From Octopus bimaculoides (Eukaryota), in contig NC_069005.1 of the NCBI RefSeq assembly GCF_001194135.2, forward strand, positions 8,822,017 through 8,886,016: DNA of 64,000 bases, in the 5' to 3' direction. The notes beneath the pieces were generated by a model, which saw only the letters and a list, made by a program, of their open reading frames with translations, was not told where the DNA came from and ran no database searches. Of this stretch, positions 38,321-51,330 are shown piece by piece (position 1 is the stretch's first letter; each line of letters starts with the position of its first letter). A program made the position numbers and the translations under genes.

Positions 38321-39081
38321 TATATATATATATATATATATATANNNNNNNNNNNNNNNNNNNNNNNNNNNNNNNNNNNNNNNNNNNNNNNNNNNNNNNN
38401 NNNNNNNNNNNNNNNNNNNNNNNNNNNNNNNNNNNNNNNNNNNNNNNNNNNNNNNNNNNNNNNNNNNNNNNNNNNNNNNNNNNNNNNNNNNNNNNNNNNN
38501 NNNNNNNNNNNNNNNNNNNNNNNNNNNNNNNNNNNNNNNNNNNNNNNNNNNNNNNNNNNNNNNNNNNNNNNNNNNNNNNNNNNNNNNNNNNNNNNNNNNN
38601 NNNNNNNNNNNNNNNNNNNNNNNNNNNNNNNNNNNNNNNNNNNNNNNNNNNNNNNNNNNNNNNNNNNNNNNNNNNNNNNNNNNNNNNNNNNNNNNNNNNN
38701 NNNNNNNNNNNNNNNNNNNNNNNNNNNNNNNNNNNNNNNNNNNNNNNNNNNNNNNNNNNNNNNNNNNNNNNNNNNNNNNNNNNNNNNNNNNNNNNNNNNN
38801 NNNNNNNNNNNNNNNNNNNNNNNNNNNNNNNNNNNNNNNNNNNNNNNNNNNNNNNNNNNNNNNNNNNNNNNNNNNNNNNNNNNNNNNNNNNNNNNNNNNN
38901 NNNNNNNNNNNNNNNNNNNNNNNNNNNNNNNNNNNNNNNNNNNNNNNNNNNNNNNNNNNNNNNNNNNNTATATATATGTGTGTGTGTGTGCATGCATGTC
39001 TGTGTGCGTGATGCATCTGATACAATAAGCTCATTTTTGTTATCAATATATACATAAATACACACATACATTTATACACAA

Positions 39082-39134
<53 letters not shown>

Positions 39135-39174
39135 TTCATGCATAAATATATATGTATGTATGTATGTATGTATA

Positions 39175-39219
<45 letters not shown>

Positions 39220-39419
39220 GAATAAAAGATATAAACAGGCAGTCAACAAGTATCGAGTCAGTTTATAGCATATCTATACTTACGTAACATATTGAAGAGA
39301 AATGCAAATATACATAACGGAGTATATATAGCAAGAAGCCAGAAAAATTACCGAGTGTAGATCGATGGCGTTACAGGTAAAAACTTAGAAATGATAGAAA
39401 ATAGTTGTACAGGTAGTTC

Positions 39420-39700
39420 TTTACTGCTGTTGTGGCTAACTCTTACATTAATGACATTACCCCTGAACATGGCCTGTACTGCTTTCACAAGCCATTCATA
39501 TCCTCAGCTTTCCTAGAGACCCACTATGTCACCGAGGTACTCTGTTGAAGTATTTCTCTGTATCAATAAATGCCAAGTAAAATAGTTTGGTCTTAGCAAA
39601 ACACTTCTCTTGTGGTGCTCCTTCCCAGCACAAAGCCAAACTGCGTTTCATCTAGTCTGTTCCTATTTCCCTAAAATTTCTAACTTCACAATTGCACTGG
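39420..39700 (-). mobile_element. RTE-clade LINE reverse transcriptase fragment
   Basis: With frameshifts: LDETQFGFVLGRSTT ... FYLAFIDTEKYFNRVPR ... EWLVKAVQAMFRGNVINVRV, matching the RT motifs QFGF and FVD.EKAFDRV. Confidence 0.75.
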
Positions 39701-39776
39701 CTTCTTCCCCCCACATCATCCCCTTAAAAACCTCTCACCCCTACCTATATACACACATAATGTATTTTGTCTATAT

Positions 39777-40347
39777 ATGGGGGTTGGACAAAATAATGGA
39801 GACACCTTAAAATTTCAAACAAATTTATTTTAATATTGGGCAGGACCAGCTTTGGCAGTAATTAGAGGTTGAATTCTATGAGGTATGGACTCGTACAAAG
39901 TTTGAATTGTTTCCAAAGGAATTTTTGTCCAGTCTTCAGTTCTTGTAGTGATGATGGTCGAGGATATCAACTCCTTACTTGTTTTTCTAAAATGCACTAT
40001 AAATGTTCAATAATATTGAGATCTAGGGACTGTGGTGGCCATTCAGTAACAACTTTAGTGGTGAGAATTGGTGCATCATCATCCTGAAAGATTGTGTTTC
40101 CTTCTGGAAACAGTTCTGCAACCACAGGATGAATTTGATCAGATAAAATGCTTAAACTGTCTTGACTATTAATTCTGCCATGAAGGGAAACCATTGGGTC
40201 GGCGGATTTCCAAGATATAGCCCCTCCAGATCATCACAGATCCTCCTCCATGTTTAACAGTTGGAAGAAGGCAGTCTGGGTCAAATGCTTCTTTTGGCTG
40301 TCTCCACATGTATACTCGGCTGGTGGTCAGAAAGAAGGTAAAGGATG
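39777..40347 (-). mobile_element. Tc1 (DD34E) 3' fragment with terminal repeat
   Basis: AELFPEGNTIFQDDDAPI and WPPQSLDLNIIEHL; terminus GGGGGTTGGACAAAATAATGGAGACACC; homologous to 61910-63137. Confidence 0.85.
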
Positions 40348-41289
40348 GTGTTGGTGTATTAACATCCTTGTAACTTAGCAGTTCAGCAAAAGAGACTGAC
40401 AGAATAAGTACTGGGCTTAAAGAATAAGTCCTGGGATTGATTTGTTCGACTAAAACTATTTAAGGCAGTGCTCCAGCATGGCCACAGTCAAATGTTTGAA
40501 ATGAGTAAAGGAATAAGAATAAAAGAAGAATTAAAGTCCTTAATTAAAGAATTAAATTATGCTTGCTTAATGTGCTAGAAATAGCAGATTCTACTATGTT
40601 TAAAAAAATAGTGGGAAGGACACCTCGAACACTGTAGTCATTGTAGTAGAAAAAGATGACAGGGTCATGGCTGGAATGCTTTTCGTCATAGTTCTATCCA
40701 ATCACGATTGTATTGTAGGTGGTAAGACAGGATTGGAAGTGTGCAAAGACATGTTGAAATCTCAGTGTTTAATTGTTTGAATCTTGTGTGTTTCCAACTC
40801 ACGCCCACAGCTTAATAAACAATGTTGGCAACTGTTTTATAATTAAAGGGGAATTTTGTATGGCTCCCAAGAATTCTTTGAAGCCAGTTAAAACTTGGAG
40901 TGTGTTTGAGACTCTAGGGAGATTTTTCTTCTATCTTGCTCTCTAATATTATCAAGAAGCAGCACCGTGTAATTTCTGCCTATGACAGTCCATTAGTCCT
41001 CGATAATGAAGTTTCTCATGGTCAGTAGAAAAACAAAATTAACTCTTTTAATGAGATATAGTGAATTGCTGAGAGCACCGTTGGCGTCACTGGCTGTTAA
41101 TTTTCTGGTGATGTCAGAACAGTTCTGAGTAATTCCCCCAAGGTTTCAAATCACAGTTGTATTTGGGTTGTTTACGATTAAGTTCTTTTAATAATTTACT
41201 TTAGTTAAAGCTGGAGCACAACCACTGCTGTTTATTTTTTTTTTCCTTCTGTATCTATTTTTTTATTCATGTCATCGTCATCATAATTA

Positions 41290-42050
41290 TTGCTGGCAGA
41301 ATTGTTAGCACACCAGGCGAAATGCTTCATCAATCATTACATTCAGAGTTCAAATTCTGCCAAGGTTGATTTTGCCTTTCATCCTCTTGTGATCAATGAA
41401 ATAAGCACTGGTTATGAACTGATGTCGATGCAATTGACTGGCCCCCTCCCCTACAATTTCAGGCCTTGTACTTATAGTAGAAAGAATTATTATTATTATT
41501 GCTGAGACCCCCTTCGGTCATGAGTGACCATGGGATTGTACCTAGAAAGTTACCCTCCCATGCACAAGTCCGGGCAAGGTTGTTTATAGAAAACCAGCAG
41601 TCGCCCATGCATGCTGGCCTCCCCTCTCCATGCCGCCAGTATTATCCAAGGGAAAGGCAAAGGGGCCAATGCAGCTTGGCACCTGTGACGTTGCAACTCA
41701 TTTCTACAGCTGAGCGAACTGGAGCAATGTGAAATAAAGTGCCTTGCTCAAGAACATTACACGCAGCCCGGGCCGGGATTTGAACTCACAACCTTGCGAT
41801 CGTAAGCTCGATGCTTTAAACACTGAGCCATGTGCCTTCACAATATTATCATTATAATAATAATAATTATTATTATTATTACTATTATTAATAATAATAT
41901 TGTTAAGGCTGCAAGCTGGTAGAATCGTTAGCATGCCATGCAAAATTTTGCCTGTTGCTACATTTTGAGTTCAAATTCCATTCATCCTTTTGGGGTCGAT
42001 AAATTAAGTACCAGTGAAACACTGGAATTGATGTAATCAACTAGCCTGCA
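41290..42050. mobile_element. SINE cluster: family A (41290-41480 +), family D CORE-like (41494-41840 -), family A (41905-42050 +)
   Basis: Family D head (reverse complement) GGCACATGGCTCAGTGTTTAAAGC...GAGTTCAAATCCCGG..TTCTTGAGCAAGGCACTTTATTTCACATTGCTCCAG; family A heads GCTGGCAGAAT. Confidence 0.8.
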
Positions 42051-42062
42051 CATTATTGCCCT

Positions 42063-42299
42063 CTATCAGATTCCCAGACACAGTGTTTCTATCTCTTTAG
42101 CTATTATCAATGAGAAATACTGAAGAGAGGTAACTCTGGGCAGATTTTAAAGCTATAGCTTTACCTAAAAAGCAATCAGCAACATTGATTGTTTCTTAGT
42201 TGAAACTATGGCTTTAAATCTGACCAATGTTACTTGTTTTTGGTATTTCCCATTGAGGAAAGCTAAATAGTCAGAAACACTGCATCTAGTAATCTGATA
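42063..42299. mobile_element. Old degenerate palindromic MITE (~235 bp)
   Basis: Outer arms CTATCAGATT..CAGTGTTTCT..TTTAGCT..TCAATG.GAAATAC and inner arms GTAAC..CAGATTT.AAAGC.ATAG..TAA.AA.CAATCA are both reverse-complement matched; the centre is at ~42180. Confidence 0.7.
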
Positions 42300-43038
42300 C
42301 AGGGAAACACTGGGCAGATAGAATGTTTTTTACATCTTTTACAGGAAGAAAGAATTTTTTCTTCTCAGTAACAGCAGTGAATTTGTTTTTAAAAGTTGAA
42401 ATAAGTCACAAACGTATTTTAACTAACTTTAAGTTCACACATATATAAACATATCTTTACTGTTACATGTATGCACTAAAAGTTTTTTTTTTTGCTTACC
42501 AATCTACATATAAATCTGTGTGTGTAGGTCAGCAAAAGCCTTTTAATACGCGTAGGTGTTTATATAGATATGGACATATATATATATGTGTGTGTGTGTA
42601 TGCACACACATATACATTCAAACATGTATATACAGAGGATACACTTGCATATGTGTGTGTGTATTTGTATGTATGTATACATAGACACACACACATATGT
42701 AAGTATGTGTGTATGTACGTATGTATTTAAAGACATGTGTATGTATAAAAATGTTAATTATATTTTCATAATGGTTCAACACAGCGAAAAACTAATCTAG
42801 CATTTCTTTTGTTCTTGTCCTCATAGATTGATAATAACTTTAAGCATTTGTTAGCAGCGGTAACAACAACAGCAATATCTATTTGGTTTATTTTGTTGTT
42901 ATTGTTGATCTTCTTCTTCTTCTTCTCGAGTGGGTTTGTGTGACTTCCACCCTCTCTTTCCCATCTTCATGTTTAGTTTCTTTCTGTCATTGAAGTAGCT
43001 ATTAATGAAATATGCCTCCCACTCTTGTTTATATGCAC

Positions 43039-43088
<50 letters not shown>

Positions 43089-43823
43089 NNNNNNNNNNNN
43101 NNNNNNNNNNNNNNNNNNNNNNNNNNNNNNNNNNNNNNNNNNNNNNNNNNNNNNNNNNNNNNNNNNNNNNNNNNNNNNNNNNNNNNNNNNNNNNNNNNNN
43201 NNNNNNNNNNNNNNNNNNNNNNNNNNNNNNNNNNNNNNNNNNNNNNNNNNNNNNNNNNNNNNNNNNNNNNNNNNNNNNNNNNNNNNNNNNNNNNNNNNNN
43301 NNNNNNNNNNNNNNNNNNNNNNNNNNNNNNNNNNNNNNNNNNNNNNNNNNNNNNNNNNNNNNNNNNNNNNNNNNNNNNNNNNNNNNNNNNNNNNNNNNNN
43401 NNNNNNNNNNNNNNNNNNNNNNNNNNNNNNNNNNNNNNNNNNNNNNNNNNNNNNNNNNNNNNNNNNNNNNNNNNNNNNNNNNNNNNNNNNNNNNNNNNNN
43501 NNNNNNNNNNNNNNNNNNNNNNNNNNNNNNNNNNNNNNNNNNNNNNNNNNNNNNNNNNNNNNNNNNNNNNNNNNNNNNNNNNNNNNNNNNNNNNNNNNNN
43601 NNNNNNNNNNNNNNNNNNNNNNNNNNNNNNNNNNNNNNNNNNNNNNNNNNNNNNNNNNNNNNNNNNNNNNNNNNNNNNNNNNNNNNNNNNNNNNNNNNNN
43701 NNNNNNNNNNNNNNNNNNNNNNNNNNNNNNNNNNNNNNNNNNNNNNNNNNNNNNNNNNNNNNNNNNNNNNNNNNNNNNNNNNNNNNNNNNNNNNNNNNNN
43801 NNNNNNNNNNNNNNNNNNNNNNN

Positions 43824-43894
<71 letters not shown>

Positions 43895-44204
43895 CTGTGA
43901 AGTTGATTTGTGTAGGCAGCAAGAAATGAAAAGGAAAGATAAAAGTCACCATTCAAGCATTGTTTCCAAGAATGAAACTCTGAAAGAAAAATAATTCTCT
44001 AAGAAACATAATGTAAGAGACGAAGAGACCAACACATTGTCTTTAGGCTGTTATTGTTGTTTCATCTCATGTCTTCTCTGATCCTGCAAATAAAACATGT
44101 TCCAGATGTGACCACACTGTTCTTTTTCTTACACCTGGTGTCATGTACACAGAAATTTGACTGCCTCTTCTAGCATGTTGAGCAACTGCATATGGGTTCT
44201 TTTA

Positions 44205-44285
44205 GAGCACGGGTTCCCAACTGGGGTCTATATGACCCTTGGGGGTCCATATTAGATTTTGTTGTTAAAATTTATGGTAAGAAGT
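44205..44285 (+). mobile_element. Possible hAT-type MITE end
   Basis: CACGGGTTCCCAACTGGGGTC..GACCCTTGGGGGTCC resembles hAT/Charlie-like termini (CAG.GGTTCCCAA.CTGGGG). Confidence 0.4.
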
Positions 44286-44529
44286 TTGCTCCCCAACCAC
44301 ATGGTTCTGGGGTTCAGTCTCACTGGTCTTCAGCTTTTGTAGAGTACAGGGCTCCACTGACAATTCTCTAAAGTGATCCCATACTTCCCAGCACTGGCCC
44401 TGTCTCTACTTGATCTTCTAGAAAAGGAAGTTAAATCTCTCTTTAAATCATGTTTTACCTATCACAAGGGTATGGTACATCACATGATATTTTTTTTTTA
44501 AGTATACAGTTTAGGAAAAAAACTAATGT

Positions 44530-44702
44530 GCTGAATTGACTGTCATTAAACGTTCAGCTGGTATTTTTTTTTTAATCGACCCTGAAAGAATGAAAGATTA
44601 AGTCGACCTTGGCAGAACTTGAACTCAGAATGTAAAAATGGATGAAATATCACTAAGCATTTTGTCCAGTCTGCTCGTGATTCTGCCAGCTCACTGCCTT
44701 AA
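44530..44702 (-). mobile_element. SINE family A
   Basis: AAGTCGACCTTGGCAGAACTTGAACTCAGAATG...TTCTGCCAGCTCACTGCCTT. Confidence 0.8.
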
Positions 44703-44979
44703 TAACAACAACAACAACAACAACAATAATAATAATAATAATTCTACCTAATTTTTTGCAAAAGGCCAGCGGATTTAAGGGGAGAGAGCAAGTCAATTTA
44801 CATTGATAATAATAATTCTTTCTTCGGTTGGATGAATTCTGTTGAGATAGTTTTATGCTTTAATGATCATCCAGTAATTGTTGCTGTTGATTCAGCCCCA
44901 GGTCAGCCCAGATCAAGCAGACCTATGATTAAAGGTATCCCATTTGAGACGATCCTGTCTCTCGGTGTCACATCATCTA

Positions 44980-45093
44980 TCTGTCATTCATTTTCTCTCT
45001 TTCCTGCCTACGTTCTCTCTCTCTCCTCTATCGGGTCTTTCTGTCATTCAATTTCTCTATATTATTCTGTCTGTCTGTTTGTCTCTCATTCTA

Positions 45094-45131
<38 letters not shown>

Positions 45132-45620
45132 ATTCTCCCTCTTTCTCACTTTCTCTTTCTTGCTCATCCCATTTCTTAGTTCTCCTTCTCAATCCACTTC
45201 TATCACACTCCCCCTCTCTTGCTCCCTCCCTCCTCTCTCAGCCCCTTTTTCACTCACTTTTCCTTCTCTCACTTTCTCTCTATCACTTCCCTATCTATCT
45301 GCCACTCTCTCCTCTCTCTCTATCATTACCTCTCTTTTTCTCAACGCCCCCTCCTTATTTCTCATGCCTTCTTCACTTCTTCAGTCTCATATTTTTTACT
45401 CCTAACGCAATCCTTACCTGTCTTTCTTACTCTCTCTTCTCTCATTACTTCACACACACACACACTTTTTTTTAATCTATTTCTCTTCACTTTCACTTTC
45501 AATATCTTTTCTTAACTTTAATCCTCTCCAAATCCTTTACAACCTCTCTCCCCTATTATTTTCACCAATTCCTTTGTCCCCTTCATCAACCCATATCATA
45601 AACCTTTCCCTGATTCTATG
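44980..45620. repeat. ~640-bp polypyrimidine/polypurine (CT-rich) tract
   Basis: Directly visible. Confidence 0.85.
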
Positions 45621-45885
45621 TCTATCAGTTTCATGTGTTGCTAATTTCCATTCTCAATTGCTCTTCCTCTTGTAATGTCAAAGATTTTTTGCGTTTTTAT
45701 ATTTAAAAAAAAATTTTTGGTAAGAATTCTTTTCGCTATCAAAATATATTTTTCTTATTTTTCAATTTTCATACATTGACAATGAAATATGTTGTGATGT
45801 TGAGTATATATATATAAGTGTGTGTGTGTGTATGTGTAGATTATTTTTTTGTTGTATATACACGTATATGAGAAGCAATATTTTG

Positions 45886-45933
<48 letters not shown>

Positions 45934-47045
45934 NNNNNNNNNNNNNNNNNNNNNNNNNNNNNNNNNNNNNNNNNNNNNNNNNNNNNNNNNNNNNNNNNNN
46001 NNNNNNNNNNNNNNNNNNNNNNNNNNNNNNNNNNNNNNNNNNNNNNNNNNNNNNNNNNNNNNNNNNNNNNNNNNNNNNNNNNNNNNNNNNNNNNNNNNNN
46101 NNNNNNNNNNNNNNNNNNNNNNNNNNNNNNNNNNNNNNNNNNNNNNNNNNNNNNNNNNNNNNNNNNNNNNNNNNNNNNNNNNNNNNNNNNNNNNNNNNNN
46201 NNNNNNNNNNNNNNNNNNNNNNNNNNNNNNNNNNNNNNNNNNNNNNNNNNNNNNNNNNNNNNNNNNNNNNNNNNNNNNNTATATATATATATATATAGAG
46301 ATATATACATATATATATAGATATAGATATATGTGTGTGTGTGTGTGTGTGTTTTTACCTACATCTGTGTGTGTGTATCTATATATATATACACACACAC
46401 ACATATATAAATTTCCCATTCTAACTTTGAATTCTATAATCTCCTTTAATGTCTGTGTGTGTGCCTTCCTGATAAGAACACCACCATCACCATCACCACC
46501 ACCACCTCACCTCAGTGTACATAGCTTTCTTAGCATTTTTTATTGTTTTTTTCCTCTGTAGAAAATGATAGATACTATATATCACTTCCCTATGTGATAT
46601 CATTCCACTCCTCGTACCCCTCACATTCCACTCCTCCTTTCTCGATATCGGCTTCCTCTTCCCTTTTATGAAACACACCACACCCTCATCACCTTTCATT
46701 ACTTCTTTCTTCTTTTTCCCCCCTACCTCGCCCTTCTCCTCCCCGTTTCTCTTCTTGTGGTGCTTACCAGATATTCTATATTTTCTTTTATATAATATAC
46801 TCAGTTAAATCACGCTATTTCATGTGTGTGTGTGTATATATGTGTGTATGTTTGTATATATGTATGTATTATATGTATATATATATATATGTGTATGTTT
46901 GTATGTGTGTCTTTTTGTATATATATATGTGTGTGTGTGTGTTTGTATGTGCATGTATATATGTATATATATTTGTATATATGTGTGTACATATATATAT
47001 GTATTTGTGTGTATATATATATGTATGTGTATGTATATATGTGTG

Positions 47046-47088
<43 letters not shown>

Positions 47089-48398
47089 TTGTGTGTATGT
47101 ATATATATATATATATGTATATGAATGTGCGTGTGTGTGTGTGTATACACACACACACACACACACATATCCTTGGATACATGCAATATCTGCATTAACA
47201 TACATTTTATGATATGAGTGTCCAGATAACGATATAGGCCTGGGCTGTGGGCAGTAACTACCATCATTATTTAAAGAATAAAACATTTTTTTAATAGAAA
47301 TAGAATCATTAAAGAAACAAAAATGCTAAAGAGGAGGGAAAAAATTGTACTAATAAACAATAGCAGTGCTGTAGCATGGCCACAGCCTTTGGGTTGGAAC
47401 ACGTTAAGGAATAAAGAAATATACAAACACACACATAAAAGCGAATACAAAATGTGATATCATCTGAAATGTCTACTCCCCCAAACTCATTTACCTTCCT
47501 CCCTAGCATTTGTTCTTCTCTGATGCATTTAAGAATCTCCTTAACTTGTGCTTATGCTCCACCCTCAAAATCGGAACTATCTTCCAGTGCATAGAAAGGG
47601 GTAACATCTTTCTGGTACCCCACCCCCACCCCCTCCACAACCGCACAACTCATTTCTTTTTATCCCACCCATCTTCTAAACTCCCACCTTCCAAACGTAT
47701 TGTAGGACACAGGAGCAGTTGTGGTGGTCATGATTATAGTTGCATTAATGGTATTGTTTCTGTTGCCATTGTTGTGGTGGTGGTAGTGGTGTTGCCATTG
47801 CTGTTAGAGGAGCAGAGGTGTGCTGGTGGAAGGGTGGTGATGTGGAGGAGCAGGTGGGTTGAAAGAATCTGTTCCAAGTTTGTCTGGTCATCGTAACCCC
47901 TATTTCAGTCTTTAAGAGAACAAGTTAAATTATAGCTGGGAAATTATATATGTATATTAAGATAACGTATGGTGTCACTTTATTTCTGATTATACGTTGT
48001 TTAGTTTAAAAAGATGACATCTTACATACAACAGTAAATCAGAAGATTATTTCAATTTGTTTCATGTCTAAGGCAACTATTTTCAGTGTTGTTTGCTGTT
48101 TCCGTTGTATTGTTTTTTTTTTGTTTTTTTTCTTTCCTTTTTTGTTTTTTTGTCTTTTTTCTTCTTCTTCTCTCTGTTATTTTTGTTGTTATAATCATGT
48201 GGTTCCATTACAGAAAACTTGTATAATTTGTGTCAATTTAGCTTTCTGGCAGATAAAGATTGCAAAGTTATGTATGTATACATCTAGAACAAAATGCACA
48301 CACATGTATGTATTTATATGAATATTTCTATCTTTTCCATATAGGTCTATATATATATATATGGTTATAACTAACTATCTTTTTATCTCATGTGTGTG

Positions 48399-48444
<46 letters not shown>

Positions 48445-49621
48445 NNNNNNNNNNNNNNNNNNNNNNNNNNNNNNNNNNNNNNNNNNNNNNNNNNNNNNNN
48501 NNNNNNNNNNNNNNNNNNNNNNNNNNNNNNNNNNNNNNNNNNNNNNNNNNNNNNNNNNNNNNNNNNNNNNNNNNNNNNNNNNNNNNNNNNNNNNNNNNNN
48601 NNNNNNNNNNNNNNNNNNNNNNNNNNNNNNNNNNNNNNNNNNNNNNNNNNNNNNNNNNNNNNNNNNNNNNNNNNNNNNNNNNNNNNNNNNNNNNNNNNNN
48701 NNNNNNNNNNNNNNNNNNNNNNNNNNNNNNNNNNNNNNNNNNNNNNNNNNNNNNNNNNNNNNNNNNNNNNNNNNNNNNNNNNNNNNNNNNNNNNNNNNNN
48801 NNNNNNNNNNNNNNNNNNNNNNNNNNNNNNNNNNNNNNNNNNNNNNNNNNNNNNNNNNNNNNNNNNNNNNNNNNNNNNNNNNNNNNNNNNNNNNNNNNNN
48901 NNNNNNNNNNNNNNNNNNNNNNNNNTACCTCCCCTCTTTCCCCTACCTCCCCTACCTCCCCTCTTTCCCCTACCTCCCCCTCCCTACCTCCCATCCCCTC
49001 CCTCTTTCTCTCCCACTCTGTGTATGGGTGTATATATGTTTGTGTGTGTTGTGTGTGTATGTGTGTGTTTATATACACATACATGCACACTGCGTGTGTG
49101 TGTATACATATGTATTTATAATTAGATATATACACACACACATAAACATACATGCATACACACACGCATAAACTGACATCAGGTATATGTACATTAACAT
49201 CATCATCATTTTAAATGTGTGTAGTCCGTGCGTGCGTGTGTGTGTGTGTGTGTGTGTGTGTAATAAGCGTAGTGATGCACACAAACATAAGCAGCATATA
49301 TATATATGTATAAACATGCATAAATCTCCTTCATGTATAATCTCTTTCCGTGTATAATGGCAAGAAAAACTGATTGCCCATCTTGGTAAAATAATACTTT
49401 ACAAGACAGATATGTTATATTTTATTCATCATTTGGTTTTTAGGCTTTTTACATTTTTCATAGATATATATTGAAATATATTAATTTACTTTTTGACATT
49501 CATTATCAGATGGATCAACATATTGGTTTAAATATGTTTCATTCCTTGGAAAGTTTGCCTCAATCAGAAACTTTCTAAACAAGTATATAGACTTAGACAC
49601 ATAAATGAGAATTTCTGCCAA

Positions 49622-49870
49622 GACCAGAAGATCAACTCCCAGAACAAGTGGCTTGCTGTGTCACCCAACGATGGGCCAAGAGTCATGCAGATTAAATTTC
49701 CAATGACAGCTTTGATCTTTGATGTTGTCAGCAGTGAAGCTGACGTCATGCCACTTCACTTCTTTGCTGACAGCCTCAGGCTGAACACCAATGGCTACAT
49801 ACATGATCTGAGCTAGGTGGTTAAGTCCTGGATCAACTGGGTAACTGCAGGGAGGCCATACATGTGGCAG
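49622..49870 (+). mobile_element. DD37D (maT/Bmmar1-like) transposase fragment
   Basis: DQKINSQNKWLAVSPNDGPRVMQIKFPMTALIFDVVSSEADVMPLHFFADSLRLNTNGYIHDLS*VVKSWINWVTAGRPYMWQ; the K.P..VMV.GVVSS.G.VMP and GRPYVWQQD motifs recall this clade. Confidence 0.7.
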
Positions 49871-49871
49871 C

Positions 49872-50035
49872 ATCTTTAATGTCTGTTTTCCATGCTGGCA
49901 TGGGTTGGATGGTTTGACAGGAGCTGGCAAGCCAGAGGACTGCATCAAGTTCTACTGTCTGTTTTGGCATGGTTTTTGTGTCTGGATGCCCTTCCTAATG
50001 CTAACCCCATTACAGAGTGGACTGGGTGCTTTTCA
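49872..50035 (-). mobile_element. SINE family C
   Basis: TTTAATGTCTGTTTTCCATGCTGGCATGGGTTGGATGG...CTGGATGCCCTTCCTAATGCTAACC. Confidence 0.8.
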
Positions 50036-50087
50036 GAATTTTGCAATATTTTACTCACTTAGTTTTACATGTTTACACTTATATTGG

Positions 50088-50790
50088 CATCAAAGTATTC
50101 TCCATTTGAAGCAATGCACCAGTCCAGGTGTGTTTTCCACTGTTGGAAGCAGCACTGGAACTCTTTAAAAGTGATGCCTTTTAACGCCTCCATTGTTTTT
50201 TCCTTCACCTCTTCCACATCTGTAAATTCCAAATGCACCAGCTTTCATCACCAGTGATGACCTTCGGAAAAGGGTCCGGATCACCGGATCAATTTCCAAC
50301 TGCTCTTTCAGTTCACAATACACAATTCAATTGTAATTCCTTTTGATCTTCCGTGAGCAAGCGAGGCACAAATTTTGCCGCAACTCCTTTCATTCACAAT
50401 TCCTCATTCAAACTTCGTTGGCAGGAGCTCCAGGACATACCAGTCATATCAACATGTTCGTCAGTTGTTCAGTAATGGTCCTTCGAGATCAGTTCATGGA
50501 TTTTCATGATGTTTTCATTTGTTCGGGAGGTCAGTGATCGCCCTGAACGAGATTGGTCCTCAAGTGACAAGTCTCCATTCCTTAAGCATGAAGACCACTT
50601 GTAAACTTGTTTTGCCTTGTAAGCTGTTTGAAGCATGACGGTTATTTTGGCTGCCATTTTCCCCAACAGAAGTCAGAATTTCACAGAAGACTGGTTTGTT
50701 TCCTTTGTTTCAACCATTGCAAAAATCGATGAACAGGGGAGAAGCACTTACAAAACAAAGACACACCACATGGCAGTATAACCCCACAGG
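50088..50790 (-). mobile_element. Internally deleted mariner transposase remnant
   Basis: N-terminal LQTAYKAKQVYKW...NGDLSLEDQSRSGRSLTSRTNENIMKIHELI (HTH) and C-terminal EFQCCFQQWKTHLDWCIASNGEYFD. Confidence 0.85.
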
Positions 50791-50929
50791 AGAACGTCGG
50801 TCACATCGTAGTCTCTGTTAAATTAATATTTTCTAGGGTAACTTTAGTTCTGTTGAATGAGTAGGTTGTATGGTAGGATGTGGTGGGAAAATGGTACAGA
50901 GAATTTTATTGATTAAATTTGGGAAAGTG

Positions 50930-51067
50930 CTAGGCATGGCTGTGTGGTAAGAAGCTTGCTTCCCAACCACATGGTTCCAGGTTCGTATAGCACCTTCTTT
51001 CATAGTCTCAGACCGACCAAAACCTTGTGAGTGGATTTATTAGACAGAAACTGAAAAAAGCCCATCG

Positions 51068-51114
<47 letters not shown>

Positions 51115-51330
51115 CTTTGTGTCTGTGTCTGTTCCTCCCCCACCACTTGACAACCAGTGTTGGTGTGTTTGCATCCCCATGACTTACCAACTCGGCAAGA
51201 GAGACCGATCGAATAAGTATCAAGCTTAACAAAATTAAGTACTGCAGTTAACCCGATCAACTAAAAATTCTTCAAGGTGGTGCCCCAGCATGGCCACAAA
51301 CGACTGAAATGAGTAAAAGATTAAAGATTA
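50930..51330 (+). mobile_element. SINE family B
   Basis: GGCATGGCTGTGTGGTAAGAAGCTTGCTTCCCAACCACATGGTTCC...GGTGCCCCAGCATGGCCAC..GACTGAAATGAGTAAAAG. Confidence 0.85.
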
